From: Berkelbacteria bacterium GW2011_GWE1_39_12
GTDB lineage: Bacteria; Patescibacteriota; UBA1384; UBA12157
Length of the DNA: 64,000 bases
Reading direction: 5' to 3'
Assembly (NCBI GenBank): GCA_001029735.1
Contig: CP011213.1
Location: 848,298 to 912,297 of the forward strand
Below, piece after piece: positions 9,065 through 17,372 of this stretch (position 1 is the stretch's first letter; every line of letters begins with the position of its first letter). Position numbers and translations under genes: made by a program. Under the pieces are notes generated by a model. The model worked only from the letters and a program-made list of their open reading frames with translations, ran no database searches and had not been told where the DNA came from.

Positions 9065-9503
9065 CTTTTTTAAGTTCTTTCTCGTCCTGAGTTGGATCGT
9101 ATTTAGGCGATTTTCGGTATACAGTACCAAGTACACCATTAATAAACTTTGAGGAGTTCTCTCCGCCAAATGTTTTACCTAATTCCACAGCTTCATTAAT
9201 AGCTACCTTGGGAGGGATGTCTTCGGAAAAAAGAATTTCAAAAATAGCAATTCTTAAAATTGTTTTATCTATTGCCGAAATTTGCTCAAGAGGCCATTCA
9301 GGAGCTGCTTCAGTAATAAGCTTATCTTCTTGTTCGATATTCTTTATTACTCCTGAAATTGTGTTATCAATAAACTCTTTATCAGCGTCTTCGTTATAGT
9401 TCTCTATATTTCTTTGCTTTATTTCCTCTAAAGCAGCATCCGGGCGAAAATCCCATTCATAGAGGGACTGCATAATGATTACGCGTGATAAATGTCTATT
9501 CAT
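9057..9503 (-). CDS. nusB: transcription antitermination factor NusB
   Basis: 148 aa, MNRHLSRVIIMQSLYEWDF..., NusB fold pattern. Operon with rpmF and rnc. Confidence 0.85.
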   Translation of the reverse strand: MNRHLSRVIIMQSLYEWDFRPDAALEEIKQRNIENYNEDADKEFIDNTISGVIKNIEQEDKLITEAAPEWPLEQISAIDKTILRIAIFEILFSEDIPPKVAINEAVELGKTFGGENSSKFINGVLGTVYRKSPKYDPTQDEKELKKDE

Positions 9504-9729
9504 TGGTTTTTTCTTCTTCCTCTTTGCGTCTTGCGGCTTTAGCTTGTTCTTTTTTTTCTAATTCCATAACATCGTTTCCGTTATAGAAACCACACTTTGA
9601 ACATACTTGGTGTGAAGGAACGACCGCTTTGCATTTTGGACATTCAGTTAACTTTTTTGCTTTGTGAGCGAGGTGACTTCTTCGTGCACCAGATCGAGCA
9701 CTAGTTAACCGTTTCTTTGGCTCTGCCAT
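9496..9729 (-). CDS. rpmF: 50S ribosomal protein L32 with C-terminal K/E-rich extension
   Basis: MAEPKKRLTSARSGARRSHLA...CPKC...C..CG zinc-ribbon L32. Confidence 0.85.
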   Translation of the reverse strand: MAEPKKRLTSARSGARRSHLAHKAKKLTECPKCKAVVPSHQVCSKCGFYNGNDVMELEKKEQAKAARRKEEEEKTNE

Positions 9730-9746
9730 TATATTTTCTTTCTAGA

Positions 9747-9773
9747 GAATTCCGCGACAAGCATAGGCTTGTC
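9747..9773 (-). promoter_or_regulatory. hairpin (GACAAGC-cuau-GCUUGUC) + GCGGAAUUC element in rpmF 5' region
   Basis: Perfect 7-bp stem immediately followed by GCGGAATTC, 20 nt upstream of the rpmF ATG. Same element class as at 12228, 17348 and 50002. Confidence 0.4.
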
Positions 9774-9804
9774 TATTTTTCTCCGTTTTATTAAGTTTAC
9801 TTAT

Positions 9805-12225
9805 TCATTCTATCACAATATTAACGATTTTTAAAGGGATGTAGACGGTTTTAATTACTCTCGACTCCGATATCGCTGATTTGATTTTTTCGGTTGATTT
9901 TGCCAAGTTTAAGATCTCCTCTTCGCTCATGTCCGAGTTTATTTCAATGATATCTCTTACTTTTCCGTTAATCTGAATAGGAAGCTTAATTTTTTCTTCA
10001 CTTAGGATTTCTTCGTTAAAGGCCGGCCAAGTTTCCGCGAATACCGATTTATCTTTTCCTAAAATCTGCCACAATTCTTCTGATAAATGAGGAAAAAACG
10101 GCGATAAAAGTATCGCTATTCTTTCAGCGTTCTGTTTAGATAAATTGTTATTTTTAGATAGGTGATTAAATAATTCCATTAAATGACTAATAGCAGTGTT
10201 TGGGTGAACTGATTCAATCTCTAAAGTAACAGTCTTAATGGTTTTTTCCACTAGCGGATCGACGTCGGCAGAATCTATTAATTCACTATTATAAATATTC
10301 CAAACTTTTTCCAAGAAACGATAAACTCCACTAATGCCCTGAACTTGCCATTCACTGTCTAAATCGGCCGGGCCGATAAACATTTCATAGCCTCTCAAGG
10401 CATCAGTGCCATATTTTTCAATTAATTCGTCCGGTGAAACTACATTGCCTTTAGACTTACTCATTTTGGCACCATGAAGATAAATCATTCCAATGTTAAA
10501 TAAACGCTTAAACGGCTCGCCTTTATCATCATAGTCTATGATTCCTAATTTCGTTAATGCTTTACTAATGAAACGGGCGTAAAGCAAGTGCAAGACTGCA
10601 TGTTCAATTCCACCAAAATAGAAATCGACCGGAAGCCAGTAATTGACTTTGTCTTTATCGGCAAATGAATTTGCGTTTGTTGGATCGGCATATCGAAGAT
10701 AGTACCACGAAGAACAGACAAAAGTATCCATCGTGTCAGTTTCGCGTGTGGCTTGACCGCCACATGAAGGACATTTTGTATATAAAAATTTCTTAGATTC
10801 TTTTAATGGAGATTTGCCATGTGGCTTAAATTCCACATCATCTGGCAATTCAATCGGCAGCTGATCTTCAAGCACAGGCATCTCACCACATTTATCACAA
10901 TAAACAATCGGTATTGGAGCGCCCCAATAACGTTGGCGAGAAATCAACCAATCACGGATTTTGTATTGTGTCGAACGGTAGCCTAATTCCTTCTTCTCGA
11001 TGTAGTCTATCGATTTCTCTTTGGCTGCAATCCATTTCATGCCTTTCAGCTCTTCGGGCAACTGTAGAATACCTTCCGGATCCCGGCCGTAATATATTTC
11101 TAATTTTTCAACTTTTTCCGCCCGAATTGAATCTTTTGGCAGCATAGCAGTATTTAGCGGGATATCGTATTTCTTTGCAAAGTTAAAATCTCGCTCATCA
11201 TGAGCGCTGCAGTTTACAATGCCCGTTCCGTAATCAGACAAAACATATGACGCTACCCAAATCGGCAAGTCGCCGGTCCCAAAAGGATTATCAACGTAAC
11301 GTCCGGTAAATATTCCTTCAAGATCTTTATCAACATCAAATTTGTTTTGCAATTTCTTCTTGTTGATTTTTTCGACAAAATCCATCACAGGTTTCTCATG
11401 CTCCGTGCCTTCAACAAGCTTCTTCAACAATGGGTGATCTGGAGCAATAACAGCAAATGTCTGTGCAATAAATGTTTGGGGAACGGAATCGTAGACTTCA
11501 AAACTAATATTTAGATCTTTAACCTTTTCACGGAAAATCACACCCTCGGATTTACCGATCCAGTTGCGCTGTAAAGCCTTGGTTCTTTCTGGCCAATCAA
11601 GACCATCTAAATCCTCTAATAAATCGTCGGCAAAATCTGTTATTTTAAAGAACCATTGAGTCAAATCCTTATTAATGACCTGAGAGCCACAACGCTCACA
11701 TTCACCAGAAACAACTTGTTCATTAGCCAAAACTGTTTGGCATGATGGACACCAGTTGACCGGTGCTTTTTTGCGATAAGCGAGACCGTTTTTGTATAGC
11801 TGCAAAAAGATCCATTGAGTCCATTTATAATAACTCGGGTCCGAAGTATTAATTTCTCTTGACCAATCAATCATAGTTCCAATTTGCTTAATTTGACGGC
11901 GAATATTATTAATTGCTTCTTTAGTGTAAATCGATGGATGTGATTGATTCTTTATGGCAGCGTTTTCGGCAGGTAATCCAAAAGCGTCCCAACCCATCGG
12001 ATGAAGAATATTTTTGCCATTTAATAATTGATATCTTGCAACGACATCAGAGAGCACATAACCACGCCAATGGCCAACATGAAGACCGCTACCGGAAGGG
12101 TAGGGGAACATGTCCAAGCAATAAAATTTTGGTTTATCAGGATTTTCTTCTGACTTATACATGCCTGATTCTTCCCAAATCTTCTGCCACTTTATTTCAA
12201 TTTCTTGAGGATTATATTTATTCAT
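9805..12225 (-). CDS. leuS: leucine--tRNA ligase
   Basis: ...FYCLDMFPYPSGSGLHVGHWRGY... HIGH region and ...KMSKSKGN... KMSKS motif. Start taken at MNKYNPQEIE (12225). Confidence 0.95.
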   Translation of the reverse strand: MNKYNPQEIEIKWQKIWEESGMYKSEENPDKPKFYCLDMFPYPSGSGLHVGHWRGYVLSDVVARYQLLNGKNILHPMGWDAFGLPAENAAIKNQSHPSIYTKEAINNIRRQIKQIGTMIDWSREINTSDPSYYKWTQWIFLQLYKNGLAYRKKAPVNWCPSCQTVLANEQVVSGECERCGSQVINKDLTQWFFKITDFADDLLEDLDGLDWPERTKALQRNWIGKSEGVIFREKVKDLNISFEVYDSVPQTFIAQTFAVIAPDHPLLKKLVEGTEHEKPVMDFVEKINKKKLQNKFDVDKDLEGIFTGRYVDNPFGTGDLPIWVASYVLSDYGTGIVNCSAHDERDFNFAKKYDIPLNTAMLPKDSIRAEKVEKLEIYYGRDPEGILQLPEELKGMKWIAAKEKSIDYIEKKELGYRSTQYKIRDWLISRQRYWGAPIPIVYCDKCGEMPVLEDQLPIELPDDVEFKPHGKSPLKESKKFLYTKCPSCGGQATRETDTMDTFVCSSWYYLRYADPTNANSFADKDKVNYWLPVDFYFGGIEHAVLHLLYARFISKALTKLGIIDYDDKGEPFKRLFNIGMIYLHGAKMSKSKGNVVSPDELIEKYGTDALRGYEMFIGPADLDSEWQVQGISGVYRFLEKVWNIYNSELIDSADVDPLVEKTIKTVTLEIESVHPNTAISHLMELFNHLSKNNNLSKQNAERIAILLSPFFPHLSEELWQILGKDKSVFAETWPAFNEEILSEEKIKLPIQINGKVRDIIEINSDMSEEEILNLAKSTEKIKSAISESRVIKTVYIPLKIVNIVIE

Positions 12226-12227
12226 AT

Positions 12228-12247
12228 AAATTCCGCGCCCGAAGGGC
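12228..12247 (-). promoter_or_regulatory. hairpin (GCCC-uuc-GGGC) + GCGGAAUUU element immediately 5' of leuS start
   Basis: On the coding (minus) strand: GCCCTTCGGGC GCGGAATTT, then ATG 3 nt downstream. Confidence 0.4.
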
Positions 12248-12443
12248 AATAATTCATGAGATTTTCAATAATTATTATTTTTTTAGCTAATCTAATGTTA
12301 ATATAGCATATTTTACTCCTTACTTAAAGCCTATATCAACAGTGATAGCTTCATAAAATCCAAACAAATTTCTGTAAACTTTTCCAAGCGCAAGTCGAGA
12401 CCGTCGGGATTACTACGCATCATAACTTCATCTTTTCATTCAC

Positions 12444-13235
12444 TTATGCCAGTTCCTCGCTAGCATCAAAGCCGTCAAACACTTTCTGATCCAACTCATC
12501 GTAGGCCTGCTTTAACAGAGTTAAATCAATTTGGCTCTCATCGCTAAGATGCCCATTTATTTCCAAAAGGAAACGATTCATTTCCTTAAAATTATCTGAT
12601 TGCAACTTGCACCTTGTACTATAGCTTTTAAGATCAGAATCCGAGTATAACTCTGTTGCGTAAATATCCCCCAATATTATTTGTCCTTTTTTGGTATCCT
12701 TATCCATTATGACAAAAAATACATCATTTCGAGCAATGCATCCTTTAGTTACCAATTGCTTAAAAATATCCGAAGCATTCTGACTTAATTCTTCTTTATT
12801 CGATAATTCAAACTTAGCATCATTCTGAAAGTATTTACCGGCTCTGCCAAAATAACTTTCCCAGTCCATATTACTAATAACTTCGTTTTTACCGCCTCGA
12901 GTTAGATCGGTCATGAAAAGTCGAGTATCGCCATCAACTTCACCTATCCTCATGGTTGGAATTGTCGGCAAGTGTCTTCTTTTTAATTCCGCATGTTTTT
13001 CTAAAAGTATTTTAACATGCCCTTCTACATCGTGTTTGCCAAGCATGCCTTCAGTATGAAATATTTTCTGAGCCAACTGCACTTCTTTTTGTCTTCCTCC
13101 AGAGCCAGAAATCATGCCCTCAACACAAACAACGTCGCCCTCTAATAACCCAGTCCCAAGGACTTCCGGTTTTTCTTCTCCAACCGCATCAAAATTTATT
13201 GGTTGTTCTTTATCCGAACGAAATAATTCCGGCAT
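12444..13235 (-). CDS. hypothetical protein, atypical protein-kinase-like fold (Gly-rich loop, D-x4-N catalytic loop, GDI metal site)
   Basis: GMISGSGG..K, ...FMTDLTRGGKNEV..., ...IILGDIYATE... resemble RIO/Kdo-kinase-like motifs. Weak, pattern-based. Confidence 0.45.
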   Translation of the reverse strand: MPELFRSDKEQPINFDAVGEEKPEVLGTGLLEGDVVCVEGMISGSGGRQKEVQLAQKIFHTEGMLGKHDVEGHVKILLEKHAELKRRHLPTIPTMRIGEVDGDTRLFMTDLTRGGKNEVISNMDWESYFGRAGKYFQNDAKFELSNKEELSQNASDIFKQLVTKGCIARNDVFFVIMDKDTKKGQIILGDIYATELYSDSDLKSYSTRCKLQSDNFKEMNRFLLEINGHLSDESQIDLTLLKQAYDELDQKVFDGFDASEELA

Positions 13236-13360
13236 TTTTGCCTTTCTTGTTTGTGCTTACCTAGAATTAGTATAAGCGGCAAATATTAATTAGTCTAGGT
13301 TCTTATAAAATGAATAGTTAATTCAATCACAAATTATAGATTAGATCTTTAACAATTTCA

Positions 13361-13402
13361 AGAAAAGAAAAAGGGTGATCCGGTTTTAGCCATCGATCAC
13401 CC
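13361..13402 (-). terminator. intrinsic terminator of the 13449..13823 gene
   Basis: On the minus strand, GGGTGATC-14 nt loop-GATCACCC followed by TTTTTCTTTTCTT. Confidence 0.65.
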
Positions 13403-13448
13403 TGCGATAAGTACTTCTATCAGTCAGTTTCACTATTGATTTCTGCAA

Positions 13449-13823
13449 CTATTTACAGCGTCGCCTTAGCACATAGCTGAGTGTTTGTGGCTGGAAGCGC
13501 GACCCTCCGTAGCTATAGTCACAAACATCTTCAAGTGAATTGTAACCAGAATCTGCGTATGCTACCAGAAGCACCCGTTGCGAAAGAGGCAAAGCCCGAC
13601 CCTTTTCTCTCAACTGTCGTACCAAAGCGATTGCACCTTCGACACTGGCGCTAATAAAGAACGCCCTAATAGTACTGGCCGCAACAGGCCAAGCCAATTC
13701 GACTCCGTGTAGTGTTTGGACAGAGACAATCTCTTCATTGGAAATACCATTATTATTAAGAAAGTCTCTTATCTCCTCAGCCTCTTTATCAATGCCCGTA
13801 GCAATAACAACCTTCGCTGACAT
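13449..13823 (-). CDS. hypothetical protein (124 aa), higher GC than surroundings
   Basis: ORF MSAKVVIATGIDKEAEEIRD...; no confidently recognisable domain. Local GC clearly above background. Confidence 0.5.
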   Translation of the reverse strand: MSAKVVIATGIDKEAEEIRDFLNNNGISNEEIVSVQTLHGVELAWPVAASTIRAFFISASVEGAIALVRQLREKGRALPLSQRVLLVAYADSGYNSLEDVCDYSYGGSRFQPQTLSYVLRRRCK

Positions 13824-14023
13824 ATCCGCCTCCTGAATGACAGAGAATTATTGAAAGACGACTTTAGATATCGATTAAAACTATACCAAAAATAGGTCAA
13901 ATTATCAAGATATGAACAAGAAAATTATCTTAGAAGATATTAACAAAGAAGCGCATGTCGAAAAAGAGTTCCAAATATGCTAGGGTATATACAAAAAATC
14001 AGGTCTATAACCTGTTATTTTAA

Positions 14024-14098
14024 TGGTGGACCGTCGGGGACTCGAACCCCGGACCTCTTCCATGCCATGGAAGCATTCTACCACTGAACTAACGGCCC
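14024..14098 (-). tRNA. tRNA-Ala (anticodon GGC), CCA encoded
   Basis: Reverse complement GGGCCGTTAGTTCAGTGGTAGAATGCTTCCATGGCATGGAAGAGGTCCGGGGTTCGAGTCCCCGACGGTCCACCA. G3:U70 in the acceptor stem, anticodon loop AUGGCAU, T-loop GGTTCGAGTCC. Confidence 0.85.
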
Positions 14099-14149
14099 CG
14101 ATATTAAAATGTTATCATATTATTACCGTTAATTCAACCTGTTACAAGA

Positions 14150-14644
14150 TTAAGTGATTTTATAGTAAACTTCTTTAACTAGTCTGGCATCATCTAAGGC
14201 GTTGTGCTGAATAAATTCACCTTTAATACCGAGTTTTTTAATATACTCTTTTTGATTCTCGTAATATTTATCAACGTCCAATCCTTTAACTACCATCAAC
14301 GTAGCAAGATCGATTGGCGGCCAACCATACGGAATATCATTTTCGCCAAAAAGTTTATGTAGATAAACCACATCGAATTGGTTAACAAAGGCCACTAGTA
14401 TTGGTTTACTGTCGCCAATAAACTCCTGAATCTTTTTGACAGCAAGCTCTTTGGAAATTTTTTCCTGTTTTAAAGTGGGCAGGATATTTTCTTTTACCCA
14501 TTCATTTGTTGGGCCGCTATAATCGATCTCGAAATATAGTTCTTCGCCTGTATCTTTAATAAAGCCAGCCGACAAGATCTCGCCGACATTTGGATTGAGA
14601 GAACTGAATTCCGTATCAAAAAAAATTAAATTTTCTTTGATCAT
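14150..14644 (-). CDS. DEDDh-type 3'-5' exonuclease (DnaQ/oligoribonuclease-like)
   Basis: ...IFFDTEFSSL... and ...HNALDDARL... motifs. Confidence 0.7.
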   Translation of the reverse strand: MIKENLIFFDTEFSSLNPNVGEILSAGFIKDTGEELYFEIDYSGPTNEWVKENILPTLKQEKISKELAVKKIQEFIGDSKPILVAFVNQFDVVYLHKLFGENDIPYGWPPIDLATLMVVKGLDVDKYYENQKEYIKKLGIKGEFIQHNALDDARLVKEVYYKIT

Positions 14645-15468
14645 TTCTTTTCTACATTAATTGCGCCGTCTGGACAGATTTGCATACATTTTCCGCAACC
14701 TATACACTTTTCCATATCGACAATCGGCATAGGGGTTCCTAAAAAGTTTAAATCCTTCGCAAAGGTAATAGCCTTAACCGGACAACTTAGTATACAAAGA
14801 GAGCAGCCCTTACAGTATTCTGGGAATCTTGTCCATTTAACTTTGTCATTTTCGAAACTTCTAACGGTTTCATCTGGACTTTTACCCGTCAAATGGTCAG
14901 AGCTTTCATAATTTTGCGCAAATTCAGCACCCATTTGCAGAGCTGAATTATTAAGCTCTTTTAGCTCAGGCTTTATCTTAATTTTAGCTGCTAATTCCAT
15001 CAAAACAGTATCCTGAAAATCTTGAAAACTTATATCTTTCAGCTGTGCTGACAAAACACCTAGAATAATAATGTTGGCAACTTTGGTTGAAAGTTTTTCG
15101 GAAGCAATGTTTTTAGCTGGTACAGCAACAAATCGTTTAATTTCAGCCTTTAATTCGTTAATATCTTTTTCGTAAATTTCTGCACTATCATAAATTACCA
15201 AAGAATTATCTGAAATAAAATTTTTGATTGTTTCGCACGATCTACTAGATAAAGTAACCACAAAATCAGCCTTTGAAAATCTAGGGTAGGGGATTGGCCG
15301 GCTGCTAACTTGAATATATGCAAGTGAAACACCGCCACGCTGTTCAACCCCAAAAGAAGGCAAGTATGAAACATTTTTCCCGGATTTTTTGGCGGCCTTC
15401 GTTAATATTTTGGCGATAGTTTGAACACCTTGTCCACCTTCTCCTGCTATGATAATTTTAGCTGGCAT
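14641..15468 (-). CDS. 2-oxoacid:ferredoxin oxidoreductase gamma subunit fused to delta (2x[4Fe-4S] ferredoxin) subunit
   Basis: N-terminal gamma domain (...IIIAGEGGQGVQT...) and C-terminal CxxCxxCxxxCP x2 ferredoxin motifs. Confidence 0.85.
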   Translation of the reverse strand: MPAKIIIAGEGGQGVQTIAKILTKAAKKSGKNVSYLPSFGVEQRGGVSLAYIQVSSRPIPYPRFSKADFVVTLSSRSCETIKNFISDNSLVIYDSAEIYEKDINELKAEIKRFVAVPAKNIASEKLSTKVANIIILGVLSAQLKDISFQDFQDTVLMELAAKIKIKPELKELNNSALQMGAEFAQNYESSDHLTGKSPDETVRSFENDKVKWTRFPEYCKGCSLCILSCPVKAITFAKDLNFLGTPMPIVDMEKCIGCGKCMQICPDGAINVEKK

Positions 15469-15490
15469 TTATTTTCCTATCTAAAATTTG

Positions 15491-16237
15491 TTAAGCTAAT
15501 TTTTGCGGGCATTTGAATTCTCCTAACGGATAAACTTTTGTCATTTCTTTTTCACTAAAATCTAATGATTGCAAAGCGTCTGTATGCCAGTTAACTGGAC
15601 ACATTGAAATTATTTCTATAAAACTAAATCCGCGACCGTCAATTTGGTTCTGAAGCGCTTTGCGTATTTTAGTTTTACAATCAGCTATGTCAGTCGAAAT
15701 TGTTCTTGCGATATAGGAACCTTCTTGTGCGATTTCCGCCAACATCTCAGGCCCATGAATAGGTTTGCCGACTTTTTGCCAGTCCCTACCATTGGGCGCC
15801 GTTGTGGCTTTTTGCCCAACCAAAGTAGTCGGGGCCATTTGTCCGCCAGTCATGGCATAATTGGCATTGTTAATTAGTATTGCCGTAATCGGATCGTCGC
15901 GCATTGCTGCATTAATTAAATGCTGAGCACCAATTGCATAGCCGCCGCCATCACCCATAAAGGCAATAGTAATCGCCGATGGCTTAGCCAATTTAAACCC
16001 GACCATCGTTGGGACCACGCGTCCGTGATGAGTCTGAATAGTATCTATTTCAAACATATCCCAGGTAAGGAGTGAACAACCAATGTCACAGGCATAAACG
16101 GTTTTATCGGCAATTTGTAACTCGTCTATCACAAAACCAAGATTTTTTAAGGCTAAAGATTGGCCGCACCCAGGACAAAACTTATGAGGTTTTGAGGATT
16201 TCTTCCATGATTTTGGAAAGTTATTGTTTTCAGCCAT
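15491..16237 (-). CDS. 2-oxoacid:ferredoxin oxidoreductase beta (TPP-binding) subunit
   Basis: ...CPGCG...GDGG...TPP-binding pattern; overlaps the alpha-subunit gene by 8 nt. Confidence 0.9.
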   Translation of the reverse strand: MAENNNFPKSWKKSSKPHKFCPGCGQSLALKNLGFVIDELQIADKTVYACDIGCSLLTWDMFEIDTIQTHHGRVVPTMVGFKLAKPSAITIAFMGDGGGYAIGAQHLINAAMRDDPITAILINNANYAMTGGQMAPTTLVGQKATTAPNGRDWQKVGKPIHGPEMLAEIAQEGSYIARTISTDIADCKTKIRKALQNQIDGRGFSFIEIISMCPVNWHTDALQSLDFSEKEMTKVYPLGEFKCPQKLA

Positions 16238-17300
16238 TCATCTCCTTTAAAAAATCTTTAACTCTCTCAACTATTTCATCTGGATTGATGCCGAGGGCCG
16301 GTTTTTTAATTGCCACCATTGGAATATTCTCGCCATAAAGATTTTCTTTGACCATTCTTTCAAATTGACCCAATGATGACTCAATAACAACAATTAACTT
16401 TTTTTTCTGAACAACTGATCGAAGAGTTTCAGAGGGAAAAGGATTAAGAGTGATTGGCCTAAATAAACCAACTTTTTCATCTTCACTTTTTAATATATCG
16501 ATCGCACATTTTGCGGAAATAGCTATATTACCATGAGCAACAATTACGATCTCGGCCCCCAAGGTTTGATAGTCATCGAACTCGACAATTTCGGATGTAA
16601 AACCATCGAAGGCCATCTTATGCTTCATCAGCAAGGTATTGAGCTCTGTTTCTAAATTATATGTATTTCTTAAATTTACACTACCTGAACTGTTATCCTC
16701 ACCAAGCAAATACGGTGCAGAAGAAACTCGTTCAATCTTTCTTTCTTCCAAACTATAAGTTTCGACTTCCGTAAGAGTCTTTGCGGAATATCCATCACCC
16801 AACACAAAAGCAGGGAAACGATACCTCCAAGCAGTATTAAAGGCTTTAATTGCATAATCGTACATTTCTTGCGGATTTCCAACTGAATAAACAATCCTCA
16901 AGCCTTCGCCATTACCACCAAAACATGTTAGGTTTAATTCTTGTTGCGAATATATAACTGTGCCTGTGGACGGACCACCGCGCTGATTAATAAAAACCAC
17001 AGTCGGCAGTCTCATACTTTCGGCCATAACAAGGGCATCTTGCATTAAAACATTACCTGGACCAGCCGTTGCCGAAAAAGTCTTTAGACCTGCCAAGACG
17101 CCACCAATCATAGAAAAACCTGCGGACATTTCGTCTTCAGTTTGTAAAAAGTTGAGGTTTGAATTTTTTGCTGCTTCTTCCGCCCAATTTTCCAAAATTT
17201 CGGTCGTTGGCGTAATAGGATAGCCAGTCATCATCTGGGCACCGCTTGCTAATGCGCCCTTTACGATTGCCTGATTACCGGTTAACAATTCCTTATTCAT
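16230..17300 (-). CDS. 2-oxoacid:ferredoxin oxidoreductase alpha subunit
   Basis: 356 aa, ...LTGNQAIVKGALASGAQMMTGYPITPTTEILE... POR/KOR alpha N-domain. Confidence 0.9.
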   Translation of the reverse strand: MNKELLTGNQAIVKGALASGAQMMTGYPITPTTEILENWAEEAAKNSNLNFLQTEDEMSAGFSMIGGVLAGLKTFSATAGPGNVLMQDALVMAESMRLPTVVFINQRGGPSTGTVIYSQQELNLTCFGGNGEGLRIVYSVGNPQEMYDYAIKAFNTAWRYRFPAFVLGDGYSAKTLTEVETYSLEERKIERVSSAPYLLGEDNSSGSVNLRNTYNLETELNTLLMKHKMAFDGFTSEIVEFDDYQTLGAEIVIVAHGNIAISAKCAIDILKSEDEKVGLFRPITLNPFPSETLRSVVQKKKLIVVIESSLGQFERMVKENLYGENIPMVAIKKPALGINPDEIVERVKDFLKEMNG

Positions 17301-17347
17301 TTATTTTTTCCTAATGAGAAATTAAGAATCTTATTTATATTTCGAAG

Positions 17348-17372
17348 AAATTCCGCGATCAGCTTGCTGATC
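17348..17372 (-). promoter_or_regulatory. hairpin (GAUCAGC-aa-GCUGAUC, overlapping acd stop codon) + GCGGAAUUU element upstream of porA
   Basis: Minus strand: GATCAGCAAGCTGATC GCGGAATTT, 43 nt upstream of the porA ATG. Confidence 0.4.

Noticed and set aside
9065-9169. N-terminal 35-codon extension of the rnc ORF (MAERTPQSLL...)
   Set aside because: It overlaps the 3' end of nusB in another frame. The RNase III homology begins at the internal Met (MNNLPELEKK), which gives the usual small operon overlap instead.
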